Shown here one piece after another: positions 13,254 through 28,084 of a DNA stretch of 64,000 bases. This DNA comes from Ptychomitrium polyphyllum. Taxonomy: Eukaryota. Below the pieces are notes generated by a model that was not told the DNA's origin, made no database searches, and saw nothing but the letters and a program-made list of their open reading frames with translations. Every line of letters starts with the position of its first letter. Position 1 is the first letter of the stretch. The stretch lies in the NCBI GenBank assembly GCA_973851085.1, contig OZ316776.1, positions 11,532,001 through 11,596,000 of the forward strand. The letters run 5' to 3'. The position numbers and the translations under genes were made by a program.

Positions 13254-16200
13254 CTTGCTCTAACATCTATCGAACCACTCCGCAAAGGCAGTCTGACCAG
13301 ACACTCTACCTCTTCAAGGTGAAAGAAACCTCCAATCAACCAGAGAGCAAAGAGATATTGGAACTCTCATATTGGCGCGCTGTGAAGGTCAGATTACAGA
13401 CACGACTCTCCAAGCACAGAGTGCACGTAAATCTTAGCATTCGCCAATTGAAGTAAACCGGGCACCAAGAGCTCTAAACTTATAACCAATTTGTAGATGG
13501 ACCTCCCGATACACAACTGCGAAGACGAAGACGTATCAGGAATTCAGTGTGAGATGACAACTTTCATAATAGCCAAATGAACCAGATATTAAACTACACT
13601 TGTATCAAGCCAGTGCTACCAGTGTCCCAGCATCGGTACAAAATGTCGTAACCCGGTTAGCAGGAAAATCACGCAATGGAAAGGGCGAAAAGGCATTATT
13701 CTCGTGAATAGGCCAGCAAAAAGAGCTCCGAGCTCGAGAAAAAGAACCATGTACAGTACAGTTCAAAGAACAGAGCGCGCCTAACCAGTAGATAACTGAG
13801 CTCGGAGCACTTCAAACAGAAACGTGACAAGAAACAAAGCCAAAGGAACGCTCCCTGCCCCGTGCAAGCAACAAGGATCCAAAAGAAACACTAAATAGCC
13901 TCGTCTCGACTCCGGAGCAGGACGCGCTTCGAATTCCCGGAGTGTGTCCCTACTAGGTTCCTCTCTCTGCACGCAAGAAAATCTCAAAAAATCTCCACCG
14001 CATGCTCCTCACAAGGAAATTTCCACACCAGACACAAAAGAAAAAAGAGGAACTCCTCAAAATTTCTGGTACATATAGGTCTACTCCTTGCTCAGCGCGC
14101 CCGACCGCAACAAACACATACGCTCTCCATTGATTAACTTCACTCACTGTGACTAACTCCTCTTAGTCGTCAACAAAGCCCCACTCACCCCCTCCGCACC
14201 AGAGCTAACAAGCTCAATCTCCCGATGAAAATCTCCCAGCGAAGAAGATTCACAAACAGCGGTGACAAGCACAAGGAAAGACCTACGCCATGATGACTCG
14301 GTTGCAAGAAACACTGACATAGCACTCGACTGTTTTGGCGTCCTATGCTCGCCAGTGGTGCTACAGCAGGCGCAGGACCCGAGGCGCCACACGAAGCGAC
14401 GGGAAGAGAATCTTCGGGGAGGTAAGTTCTAAGCGAGAGAGTGACAACCGCAATGACGAAGAGCAAAGTCGGAGATGCAGATGCAGATACACAAACAGAT
14501 GCAGTATGCGGAAGATGCAACTAAACTACTATCATCCGACACTGCACTGACCGCTCATTGCAGCAGGAGAGAGAGTGCGGGAAGTGGAAAATGGAACAAT
14601 GACGCGACTCCGCTCAACCACCATCTCCCATCGCCATCATGGCCATCGAGCGCATCCGGAATCCTTCCATCGCTGCAACAACACCTTCGAAGGCCTCCGT
14701 CTCTCTCTCGCCGCGCTTGCCCTCTCCCTCCTGCACCCCAACCTTCACTACGGTTTTAGGCACTCATAGAGACCACTTCCTATAACCAAATTCCTCCACT
14801 GCCTGCTCACATAAAAATCCCTAAATCTACAAATTTTTGTAAGGAAGTTTGTTTAAGGATTATCACCTATGTATATCCAAAACCGTTAGTGTACTCAAAA
14901 TAACTTTTGCCTACAGGAAAACTGTTTTTGAATTCTTAGTCTAGAAAGACATAGATAGTGTCGGTTTTGATTCAGTGAGGGTTCCACGGTTGCATTCCGT
15001 CGACCCTACGACCGTGATAACGACGTTCTCGGATATTGCTATATATACAGCGGTCGGGCGGATATGGATAGAGGAACAATCAACACAAAACCGACGTTTT
15101 CGGCTGAAGAAGTCGATGTTATCTACAGAATGCGATTTTCCCGCATTGTCAGATGTATCTTTCGGTAAATTTTGATTGGAGTGACGATTTAAGGTATAGA
15201 TCTGGCCTTCCTCGGTTACGGAACGCCACGGGCACCTCCGATGGTGGGTTTAGAGGCGGTGACGTACATCGTAGGATCGGAATAGCGAAGTGAGGAGGGG
15301 CGTCAGATGGCACGGACGTAGAAGCACGTGGTTTCTGGATTGTTCCCAAATGCAACACCGACGTTAGGGCGGGGTGGGGTAGAAATGAACCTTGGGGTGG
15401 GGATGGAACGACTGATGGAATATCGCCAGCGTGGCACTGACAAATGCCGCGTCGGCAGCAGGAAAATTGGCTTTATATAGAAAGAAATGGAAGGTGCCAC
15501 ATGGCATTTACTGAAATATTGGTGTGGTTGAGAGTTGGGAAGACTTTGGCGGCGCTTGCTTCCCGTGGACAGAGGTCCATGGATTATATGAAATTATGAC
15601 TCAAAACTGTTCTTTTTGCAGGCTTGTTGTTTTGAATGCCAAACCTGCAATGCACTATTCTACTCAGATTTGCATCATCTATAATGACTTTTGTGTTTTT
15701 TAGGTTTTCATTTAAGTAGAGGCTGAGGCACCATTTTTGGATTTGGTTATAACTTATGATTGATTGGTCTATTGGCGTGCTTCCAAGGTTGTGTCCTGTC
15801 TCCTCCTGGAAGTCTGTGACTGACATGCTAAAAGAAGGATGCTGCTTACAATCCAAGGGGGATCTGAGAAGAGTTCAACATGAAGAACTTCAGCCTCAGC
15901 CCACAGGACACCTTCAACAGATGAAAAGGAACTTTGGTCTCAAGAAATGAGGTTATGTAGTGTGATGCATGCATAACATTGGGTACAGTTGGGAACTCCA
16001 CCCTTCTGAAAATCAACAAAAATATCAGGATTGCCTACTATGTGGTGCAACTCATATTTGATTACAGCCTGTATTTCTTTGTTCAAAGTAGGCTCTGCAA
16101 TACAAGGTGTCCATTTGCATTCCATGTTGCTAGGCTAATTCTGACTGCAACTAAGTGACTTAACTAGCAATTGCATAAGTGAGGTCCAAAGTTTGACTAT

Positions 16201-17842
16201 GCTGATTTAAATATTAAAGATGATTGGTTGAATTGATTGGAAAGTAAAAGGTTTTTTTTACACCATTTTGATTCTTAAATGAGTTTTGGCTTGAGTTCCT
16301 CATTTGGACTACTTTGCACATAATGGATAATAACAACTAAGTATTAATTATTTTTAAAATACTAATACTAATATAAATATCTTGTAATGGAAATTTTTTA
16401 TCTAAAATTTATTCTTGAATTCACATATTGAGTTCACCTCTTGAGCTCTTCCAAAAAACATGGAACTTTATGATTGACCTCTCTATGTACCACCCCTCCT
16501 AATCAATTTCAAAAGAAGATCAAATGACATGAGATGGAGCTCCGCCCTGACTATGAAGGTCAAGTTCCGTAAGAGCACCATGGTTCCAATGCCTAGACTT
16601 GGCTGCATCATCCACCTTATTATAAATAAGTCCAATTTGAAAATGAAGTTGTATTTGTATCTTTAAAATGCACCAAGCTTGCATCTTTGTTGATAATAAA
16701 GAAGACCTTATAATAATATTAAAGACATGTAATGAAATACCAAATGTACATTGTAAGACTTAAAACAAAAGAAGAGATTTTTATAACCTCTAAATATTAA
16801 ACAATATCTACTACCAAGACACATGATGGGCTTAATCAACCAAATTATAAAATCATTATTAAAACAAATAATAGATGATTGATCCTTTATAAATGACTAA
16901 AGTTTTTATAAAGATTTTGTCTTATTGCAAACTAACCACTACAATCTATAGTTGTATATGGTTCCAAAACATACTTAAACTTAACGATTGGCAAGGTTCA
17001 ATTGATAGAAGGCCCACACAAGGTTCATTTGCACATATAAAAGAATTTCTTGAATTTGATTTTGTGTAAAAGAATTTGGCTTTACATGAAATATGAGGAA
17101 TATAAAAGAATGCCTAGTGTCAATATGAAGATATAAGAAAATTATAGGTTAATTGTTGGCATTTTCTTATCCACATGTGATTTTAATAAAGTTTTCACAT
17201 TAATAATGTTATTGTAAGTTTTATAGAAATGAAGCTATTTAAAGGTTTATTTTAGTTCATTATTTTGCTAAATAAATTTCTTATCCATTCAAAAATAAAA
17301 AAATATATTATATTCAATACACCTCTTATTTTTAAGGTTTATAAACTTATGAACAAATACTTTTTTAATATTTTTATGCATATATCAATTATACCAATAA
17401 ATTTAGAATCCAAAATTGGAATATCTAGATCTTATTTTGATTTAAAGGTTTGGAAAGTGTTTCTAAAATACTTATGACCATAAATATCATAAAGGTTTTA
17501 TTACTTGAAGAATCAATTTATAGCTTAGCAACCTTTTAGATATTTGAACATTTAACAAATTTATATCTGATTAATTAATTTGCTTGGCAGCCAAAGAAAA
17601 CAATTATATAAATGAAATGAAATAAAAATTAGAAAGAACATGATAATGCAAGGCTTTACTTCCAAGAGCCAGATATGATATATATTATGTAGCAGGTAAA
17701 ACAAAAGATTATATGAACTCTATGCATTATCTTCTTCAAATGTAAAGTAGTATATAAAACTATTATTTAAAAAAAAATCATACAATCAAGATTCCAATTA
17801 AATAACATTTTGTTCAAGTATATCAAATATTAATAACAATAA

Positions 17843-17844
<2 letters not shown>

Positions 17845-17903
<59 letters not shown>
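17845..17903. repeat. (AT)n microsatellite
   Basis: About 29 uninterrupted AT units. Confidence 0.97.
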
Positions 17904-17907
<4 letters not shown>

Positions 17908-20900
17908 CTCAAAATTCTTTAAAAATCATTAAAATATAATTTTCAACATCCAAAAAAATCAATATATAAATCATCTTAAAAGTCTTTTTTATTTTATTTT
18001 AATGAAAGCCAAAAAAGTTATTGAATTGTACACAAATCCAATGAAATAAAGGTAGTTGCTTGTTACATATGACTATTCAAAACTCTACAAATATTTTATG
18101 CAAAATTATATAAATTTGGTGCATAATACCAATCTTAACTTTCCAAAAAAATTTATTACTGATAAATTATTAGAAATATGCTTCGTGTTCAAATTTAGAA
18201 ATTCATCTAAATTTTATTATTGATAGATTTATGACATTTAATTGCACAAATGCATAACAATTAAGAAAAAACATTTTAAGTAAGATAAAAGTTCAAAAAA
18301 CTTATATGCTTGTATATCTATTTTAATGATGGAACTGATTATGCTATTGATAAGTCACAAGGTACATTGGCAAATACAAAGATTTTCAAAAATTACTGTG
18401 CATGTTCAATTGGCAATAATATATCAAATTATACAATTAATAGTAAATTTTCAATTTGTTGACTCATTCACTTACTAAGTTGAGTTAATAATGTAGGTGA
18501 TAATGCTTGGTTCAATGTGTTGATTTCTGAACTCTACTTGCAAAAAAATCTAAAAATCAAAACTCACAATTATCTATACAATCAAAGTCTCTCAGTAACA
18601 GATAAAAGTTAAAGTGAGCATTTATAAGGTAAAAGCCAAATGAAGAATTATATATATTTTCTGAAAATACAATAGGTGAACATGCTTTGCTCTAACACAG
18701 AAAGGGTTATAATTGCAATGGGATCCTAACTACTTAAAACTTTATAAACTAAAAAAGTTCACCATAAATGAGACTTGATAAGCTTCACTTATGCAAATCT
18801 TGAACAATAGAGAAGGTAGGCTGTTGTGTGTTAGTATAAAATTATTGGGTCTAGTAGGGAAGTGATAATGTTATGTTCCCTACTGTACAAGAACTAAGTT
18901 ACACCAGCCATGACAAGGACATAGTACAGTCCCACTCAATCACAACCCAGCTTGGAAATCAAATGGTCCATGAAGTAGACAGAAGGGAGTCTAGTATCAC
19001 TGCAAGCCAATGTCAATTATTCAAAATCCCATTGTGAACTTGTGAGTGGCATTCAGCAACCCCAGTGTTTCGTTGTGGATGACTCTGTCCCATGTGCTGT
19101 GCCCACCCCGCCCATGCCTCACTTTGCATGCTTATCACACTCATTTCAGATCCACCACCTTCGTCCCAATAATGTAGATGTAGTAACATGTATCTCTGCT
19201 CGCTCTGCTAGAATACATTCCAAAAAACGTCATCCAGGCCCTCGGTTCTAGCTGTGCCAAGATCATAGGATTGTGGATGAGAACATGACAAGATCTAAGC
19301 TGGTTTGATTGTTGCTACTGTAGATGCGCCTGTGAGCTGCAAACATTTGTAGATCTGCCAAAACGCATGTGATTGATAGTTTGGTCCTTGTATTAAACAA
19401 TACAGATTTTCTCTGGCCTGTTTTAAAAGTAGCAAACATACTTTGCAATTGTTCAGATGGTTACAATGGAACACTAAAGCAATAGTTGCTATACAACATG
19501 TAGTATTAAACTAGTCATGATATCTCCCCTTAGTTGGGACAAAAGAGCAAAGCACTTTCACTTTGTGGTGGGTATGATCAAAAAGATGTAAGGGACAGAT
19601 GTGGCAGTGGTGACTGTAAGCAACTTACTGGCTGCTTACATCCTGCATTCTTCCAGGGCATGGTCCAACACCTAGCTATCTATCCGTCAAGGATTGAAAG
19701 CACAAAATCTCAGAAAACATCCAACTATTCCACCCAAACAGCCATGAATATCATGCATGATTCCACTTAGTCAATGTGAAAGATAAGTACAGCAGGTACA
19801 AGTTTACACATTCTTCACTGTAGTCATGAACCATGATGTAGCAGGCATCAACATTGTGACTTGCCTCCCTAACACACCATTTTCTAAGGGCTGCTTTACA
19901 TCTTTATCAATGGGAGACTGGTGAAGCAAACATTTCATTTGAAGATATGAATGTTTTAGGTAGAGAACAAGTCATGGGAGGCGATGGAAAGATATTAAAA
20001 TAACCCTAAAAATGAGAAAGATCTTCTCATTTAAATCAGTTCTTGAGCTGCCATTCCAAGAGCACTCTTAAAAATGGTCAATAAATGAAAACTTTTCCTG
20101 AAACCTTATGGAAGAGTTCAATTCTTAACAAATATTATCACTAAAATTGTCAAAATATGGAAAAAATCTCTCCTTCCATGGGTCTAGTGGGGAGCTGTAC
20201 AAGGTGTAAAGCAGCCTTGTGTAAAAGTTGTTAACAAGTCAGAAGAGAAGGGCTCTATTTTGTGAATGAACCCAAAGTGAATGGCCAGTACACTGTATAT
20301 ACTGTTAAATACATGGATCACAAAATGAGAAGGCAAAGCTTGAGTGTAAAGGTAGTTTACTCACCTGTAATAAGGATGTCCAATGCTATGGTGTCGCAAT
20401 CTACAACTGTATGTACCATGTGGACATGAGAAGCTCCAATGTCACAGTCTACTGTGGTGTGGGTCATCTGTGTCATTCCACTCATACAACACTCACAGGA
20501 AGCACTCTTCTCATGGGGATTGACTTTGGTCATAAAATGTGAGTGCAGCAGCATCTGCAACAGGAATCTGCCATTGTTGAGGTAGGTTCATGGAAGTTAC
20601 AGTATTTAGTTCTTAGGATGGTCTTTTCACCTGAAGACTGTAAGACAAGATAACTTGTTTTTGCATACTTTGCTTCAATTGGCCAAAAAATAGCTTCTTG
20701 AATTGCCCCTCTTTTGTGTCCTATTAACATCAAGGTTTTTTTTAAAGAATTTCAGGCTAATACTAAGGTAATGACACAACATAATATAATGTAGCAAAAT
20801 GTTTTTATGTTCACCATTTATGCAAAAAAAATTCTTCCACATGTTTGTACTATTTCCACAAAAAATTAGTTATCTCATTCAAATTTTTAATAATGATTGA

Positions 20901-22036
20901 TAGAATCCTACTTCATCATCCATTTTTCTTTATGTAATAATAGCTTGAGAGGACAAATAGTAGTTTTAGAGCTTTTTGAAATCATATTAAAATCTTATAA
21001 TAACATTAAATTATAGACATGTGGATTAAACATTTAAAGTGTTATAGGTTGAATATCCAATCATATACTTTCATGGGTAACATTAGAATTATTTGTTAAG
21101 AAAGACTAAATTTGAAAGCAAATTTTCATAATAAAAGTGTATAATCATGTGTTTTTTCTAAAACGTTGAAGTCAAATAAACCTTCCAAAATTCACCCTTA
21201 GTAACAAAAAACACACATTGAAAATAGAGAAGGTTTGATGCAAATGGTGCAAGTGGGCCACTCCCATTGCATAGTGTTCCAAGCAAGCAACAAATTTTGA
21301 CATGATGCAAGGGAGGTCCATAGCTTGGTCAGTGACCAAACTAGACCCCATTACATGTATTGGTTCCCTGGGCATGATTACAAATAAAGTGAAAGCAAAG
21401 AGAGCACGGATCAACACAATAAAGTTATCTCCATCCATGTCAAATGTACTATTCATGCCAAGGACACAAAGATGCTCTAAAATCTCACTCTTGAATTTTA
21501 AAACTTCACTTTTTCTTTTCTTTCCTTGTGTATCTTGCTCATAGTGACTTACTGTTTTAGACTGTATTTTGGCACAAAACAGATGACTCTATTACATTAA
21601 AATTTGTTGCAAATTTTTCTCAAGTGTCCAGGTAGCAAATTTAGGACACGGCAGTAAGTATCAGTTGGTGTCAGAGTGACATTTGTTTATCAATGCACAC
21701 TCTTCCTGAAAATGTATGATAGCAGTGTCTGGTTCAAGTGTGAGGTGCCTCTGATTAGTCATCTACATGTAAACACTACAGTCGATCATTCTGCAATCTT
21801 AAATGTTGCAGATTTTATTTCAAAATACGAATTTGGAACTTGGTGAAATGGCTTGTATTATAGAAATGTGGATGTATCTTTATTTTTCCTAAGAGTTTTG
21901 GATGAAAGTTTGGGGAGCTGGATAGTGTCAATGTCATGTCAACATCAAAAGAGAAGTACAGCGCTTGAAAGTAGATTAGTATAGTAAATTATTTGTGCTT
22001 TTGTCACGAGTTTGCTTGCACTTTAAAGAATCTAAA

Positions 22037-22079
22037 TTTCGAAACATTTCGAAATAACATTTCGAAATAACATTTCGAA
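22037..22079. repeat. Short tandem repeat (CATTTCGAAATAA unit) with four TTCGAA palindromes
   Basis: tttcgaaacatttcgaaataacatttcgaaataacatttcgaa. Confidence 0.75.
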
Positions 22080-24716
22080 TTATTGTAAGTGAATTCTTGA
22101 TAAATTCATACTTAATTCTCTAATGTAATTATAATCACCCACATATGAGAAATTTTTATCTTCTGTATTATTGGTGTTCATATGAAGTATGTGTTTTCAT
22201 TCTTAAATAAAAAAGTAAATCTTATTTTTGTTATTGAAATGCACTTTAACTAAAATATAATTTAGTAGAATTGGAGTTGATTATAGAAAAGAATTTACTT
22301 AAATGAAATTGGTGTTGGAAAAGTTGGAGAAGTAATATGATTGATAGGGGTCTTATAGGATTTTCACAACATGAAATTGAGTTCTATCAAGCTAAGATAA
22401 AACCATGTTTACATCTTGGCATTTAAATGTGTAGATTTAGTGTTTTGAATTATGGGTTTGTAAATTAGTAAGTTAGCACTACATATCTACAACAAATCTA
22501 AGTCTTTGATGCATACTTTTGAATAGATTAAAAAAAGAATAGTTTCAAAATTTGGAACTTTAGAACTCACCCAAGCCTAACTATATCTCATCCACTAAGA
22601 TTCCAAACTGAACCCAAAACCTTCCTTTAATACAAAGGCATAATGATGGTGATATATTTAAGCTTGATGGTGTCCTAAATTGAAAGGACATGACTTAGAA
22701 CCAACATTTTTCTTTTAGCTATAAAATGGATTAGATGGTACTATAGTATTGCTCAAATTAGGGAGGAAAGACATGCAAGAAGTTGGATTGACACTTTTGT
22801 AGCTAGAGGAAAAACACGCCTTGCAATGGAGGCCTGGTGGATATGGAGAAGTTGGGAGAAGGGGCCATAGCCCATACAGGGGTGAAGTACATTGGAGGGG
22901 GCATGACCTTTTGCGGAGTGCAGGGTGGAACCTGATGGCATCCAAGCGCTAGGACCCTAGTAGAGATTTGTGGCAGTGGCAATGGCAATGGCCATGGCGA
23001 TGGGGATGGGGATGTGGATCCCAGACGCGGCCATGAGAATGAAGTTTGACGTTGCATTGAGGTTAACATGGAAGGGATGAACTCTCGTGGTTGAAGTGAT
23101 GGCAGGTGGTGCAGAAGAGATGTTGGTTTTGTGGATTGGAGAGGCATGGCCTTCCCTTACATGTATGTGCATGGTTCTGGAAGCAGCTGCTGTGGAGAGG
23201 GAGGGGTGAAGTTATGGTACGATGAGGGATTGCTGTGGGGCACGAGCAGGAGCGGGAAGGAAGAGAGTGGGAGTAGATTGCGCGAGCAGGGGGAGCGCCG
23301 AAGGCAATGGCAGAGGCCTCAGTGCCGATTGGAAGCAATACTGCGGGGCGCAAGCTTTGTCTGTGACTGGGAGGAGTCCCATCTGCGAGTTTGGAAAGAG
23401 GTTGGAGGTCGTAGAGCCGCTGATTCTCAACACCTAGTAGATGCTGCGAAGAGTTTGGCCCAGCTTGCACCGTGGTACAAAAGTCTGGTTAAGTTTGAAG
23501 CCTGCTTTGGTGATCCGTTCACCAAATCTGCTTTGTTGCCTAAATACGATTGCATCAAACAGCTGATGAAGGGGTAGTCCTGGCGTTGGAATCTTATCTT
23601 GAAATCAATAAACTACTCCATGATCGAACTACTTCTCTTCCGTCCCAGTAATTGGCTCACAGCTTCACTCCGAGGGGATTTGGTTCAACATACAATCCAT
23701 CACACAACCTCAGCTTATGAGTATGGGGCAAGTTTCACCTAACCCCACCTCCATCAGGGCTGAACAATGTTGTTCTATTCATATTGTTGGGTGCCAGAGT
23801 ACTTACAAGACTTGAGCAAGTATCGTGTGCAGGTGTACAGGAGCTCAAAATTTTGGACGATTGAATGCTTTTAGGTAGGTTTGAAACCTGATGAGTGCAG
23901 TTTTGTTGTAAATGTTACTCTCTAAGAGGAATTTTCTAATCATGCGTTGAAGTGAGAATTTGTTGAATTTTGAACACTCGAGGTGAACCTCATACACCTG
24001 TAAATGCAGTGTCTGATGAGATTTACCGTTGCCCTATTCATCTTAATAATTGTTATCGAACAGTAGGTATCCGCTTGGACACTGCCGAGAACACCCAACC
24101 TTCTGCATTCCACACTTCAATTCCAGTGGTGAAATTCTCATCAGATGTGTCATTTGAAATGAAACATTATGCAACATGAGGTATTTCTAATAGCCGAAAA
24201 GCTTCAACAGTGAAGTCCTTTAGGGGGGTTAAGGCTCGCTGCAAGCCAATTATTTTTAATTTTTTTGGCATTTAAATAGCATTGAAACGACATTTAAGCT
24301 ACCACAGCTTGAGCAGCTGAATGTACAACAACCAGAAGATTACAACAGTAACGCATTACTCAACTCTCCTTGATTCACAAGGGCAATACGAACTCTGAAA
24401 CAGATCCATAAGAGATGGCAACTAATAGGGTTCACGGCATGATCCCAGATTGAGGACACTTGATGAGACTATTCGAATTGGCATATTGCCGTTCATTAGA
24501 ATGCCACATATGATACTCACATTTTAGATGGCAACACGAGCTGTGATTAACTATATGGACAGATGATTCATGTTTGCAAGTATTAGAAGGATTAAAAAGG
24601 AAGATTGAAAGCAGAGACCAGTACTGATCTCAATTGACGCTACAACTACAGGTACTGTACACCTCTTCACTATCGAAAGATGGTAAGCTACCAAACTCTT
24701 TTTAAAGGCCAAATTC

Positions 24717-27700
24717 CTACAAAAACTTCCTAGGCTCGTTATCTGTAAAGCCCCCAAACCTAGATGACAGTTCTTCTTTGAAATTCTTGGGGTCCAAGTT
24801 CACAGATTTTCTGCCCGCTGCTATATCTGTCTCTCTGTTCCACGGTTTCCAAGGGTGATCCACCTTCCAATCGGGCTCCTTTTCGCTTGCTCCTCGAGCC
24901 CCAACGCCAACCGACTTCTCAGCCTTCTTGCTTTTCTTCTTGCTGCCTGCCGCCCTCTCAGCCTTATGCTTCTCCATGAGCGACTGAGACCTTTTGTGTG
25001 AATTATAGGAGTCCATAAGCTGTGCTTCCTTTGATGCTCTCTCCTTCTCACGCTCTTCGAACTCGTCAGCTGGGCCATTTGTGAGAGTAGCTTGCTTGTA
25101 TGCTTCCAAATACCTGAGTGCAATTCAAAGTCACATAAGCATCTTTCTTGATGGACAAGAAAATTGGCAAATATTATCCAACTGAGAAATCAGCGATGAA
25201 TCCGTGGTGGTTAAGTGCAGTCCGTCCAAGAAAACAAAAATGAAAATACCGTTTTAGACTACACTTACTGCATCTTTGCTTTCTCAGCTTTGGCTGCCGG
25301 CGTGTCAGTCCAAACGCTTGTATCTCCACGCCCACTTTTTTCAGATTTGCTGAAGAAGGTATTCTGTTGAGCAGGTGGTCCACCAGCCTGTCTCTCAGGC
25401 GGAAGTTTTGTCATCCATTCATCTCGTGCCGCTTCTTGAGGACCTCTAAGCAGCTCGTCATCACCTTCTTCTTCCTCTCCTGCAAATTAAAAACCGTCAC
25501 ACAACCTGATAAGAGTGTACATTAAATTAACACCCAACGATACACTGTCACAAAGATCAACCACATTTTTGTATCCAGATTGGAAAAGCACTTCCTGATT
25601 GAATCAAACTAGATTCTTTACTTCCTAACGAGGCTGACATATTGAAAAACTTAGTAAAGTAGCTGCAAAGTTACCTCGAAGACGCCTCCACTGTGCAGCC
25701 TCGCGTTGTGCCTGCAATGCAGCCTGCGGAGGCACATCTCAACCGATTAGATTCCTCCAATTCAATCTCATTACTGGGCACAAATAAAAGAACAGCAGAG
25801 ACATACAAGAATCAGAAATTTAGTGCTTACCGCAAATTCTTCACGGGCGGCCTCCTCAGCGACCTTGCGATCAATCTCAGCTTTCTGGATTCCCCATCAA
25901 ATACCCAGTGTAAGAAATTACCATTAACATTCATGCATCAGATCTATCCTATCTTTCACCGCACTTAACAGGAACACAATTACTTTACCACTCAGGCACC
26001 TAGAACTGGAAAAAGCTATTGACAATCCAGAACCTTTGTGGTTCTACAATGGAGCTAACCTTTGTGGGATCTTGAAGGTCTTTAAATGCTTTGTTTAGCG
26101 CCATGAAGGCCTCTTGTGCTTGAGGATGGTCACATTTATCGGGATGCACCATTAAAGACAACTTCCAATACCTGAATGAGTAATCACAAAATACCCAGCA
26201 ACTTAGGACTTGAAAGTGAAGTTCGCATTGCAACAATGATTTCCCAGACTCAGCCACTGGAGCAGCAGACATCATGAGTCCACAGGGAGAAGATACACCT
26301 TGTGTCAATATAATGCATACAGAGAATTCCATTCAAATTAAACCAGAAGAGACTTACTTTTTCTTCAAGACACCAGGTTCAACATCTGACTTCACACCCA
26401 GCAAATCATATGCATTCTTCACATCACGAGAAAGCATTCTTGTCACCTGCAAAGCCGACAACTTAATCAAAGTGTGGCAGAGAAAGATTGTACATCTTTA
26501 TAGCAACTAATCATTCAGTTTAACACAAAACCGAGAACTGAGGAGGAAATTGATGACAGATAATAGTGCAGGGTATTCATTGGCAACAGTAGTAATAACT
26601 TCAGTGTAAAAGGAACAATCCACATGATGAAGGGAACCAACAATTACACATCAGAGATGCTCACGAGATTATATTCAACGCAATACCTCTTCAAATCGCT
26701 CAGCATCATTAGCGGATGCAGCCTCCGCCACCATTGTTGGAGGCGCAGGTCCGATCAAAGGATCATTTTCCAACTCCAACTCGGCCTCTCTAAAAAATGG
26801 GATCACAGAGACATCTCAAAAGGTAAGCAAATATATATCAAACATCGACTGCTAAGTAGACAAAATGGTGGAGTTACTGAGAAAGATTGGAAGCACAAGC
26901 CCCAAGGGTTCTGGAAGAAGATTTAGGATTTTTGACAAGGAAAAGCATTACTCATATCTTACATTGCAAATGGGCTCAGTGACAATAAGCAAAGCATTCC
27001 AGTAGGCACCCTCATACCTGAGGCGAGCCTCGGCTTCTGTAAGTCGTGCAGCAGCTGCTAACGTTTCAGCAGATGGCATTGCTGGACCAATGACCCTGTT
27101 CCTCAGAAACATCGTGTTATGAAATAAAATCAGAAACCAAAGACCCATATCAGTCTCAGCTGTGAATACAAGAATGAGCACGTCGCCAAGCCCTAATCAA
27201 TATCTAGCTTACCTGCGTTTTACTTCCACAGGACTTGGCTCAGTGTCTAGAGTAGCAGAGCTGTCCACATTTGTCCTTGTTACTTCGGACATGACAGGAG
27301 CTGTTGAGCCAAGTTTGCTAAAAACTGGGGCTAGACGTTTTATTGTAGATTCTGCATCTTTAGGTAGTAAATGAGTCCCTGCTGACGAAATCAAGTTGAG
27401 AGCTGAAAATAACTTCTTCAGAAGCAAAACAAGCCCTTTGTTTGGCAAACCGCTAATGTCAACTGCTTGCCCACCATCAACCAACTCCAAAAGCTGCAAT
27501 TATCAACAGGAAATAAATAAAGTATAAGTTGGGGAAGACAATATTGACTGTTATCATATAGTCTTATTTATTTTAAATATCATCAATCCAATAAACAACC
27601 AAAATTATACCTTCGCAAGGTCCTTTGCCTCGTTTGGGAAATTTGAGTAGAGTTCTACCACCACATCCTCTGGCTTCAACACAGCATCTACCTCCAGACC

Positions 27701-28084
27701 TGATGATAGTCCTTCTGAATCCTCCTTGTTGCGCTTTCTCTCCTTATCCTTCCTTTTCTCCTTCCTATGCCTTTTCCGTTCTTTTCGATCCTTATCTCGT
27801 TTTCTATCCTTTTTGGAGGCACTCCTTCCTCTGCTCTCCTCAGAAGAATCGCTATCATTCTCGTATTTTCGCTTGCGCCGTTTCTTGTCTTTCCCAGATG
27901 AACTCCTCCCTCTATTGTCGTTGGATTCATCACTCACATCACTCTCACTGTCGTACTTCCTGTGCCGCACTCCATCTTTCCTGGAGGAGCTCTTTCTTTT
28001 TATTTCTACAGACTCGTCACTGTCGTACTTCTTCTTGCGGCCCTTTCCCTCTTTCCTAGAGGATCGCCCCACTCTATCTTCCAT
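24717..28084 (-). CDS. DnaJ (J-domain) protein with K/R/S/D-rich N-terminus and C-terminal DUF3752/GPALPP1-like domain, ~615 aa, 10 exons
   Basis: Exons 28084-27611, 27493-27213, 27095-27018, 26789-26687, 26446-26358, 26171-26060, 25884-25831, 25723-25675, 25479-25269, 25113-24717 sum to 1848 nt, in frame. J-domain AYDLLGV...YWKLSLMVHPDKCDHPQAQEAF has an intact HPD. IGPAMP/IGPAPP motifs, RDEWMTKLPPER, GDTSVWTDTP, SLMEKH, PWNRETDI and LSSRFGG..KFL are typical of DUF3752. Confidence 0.92.
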
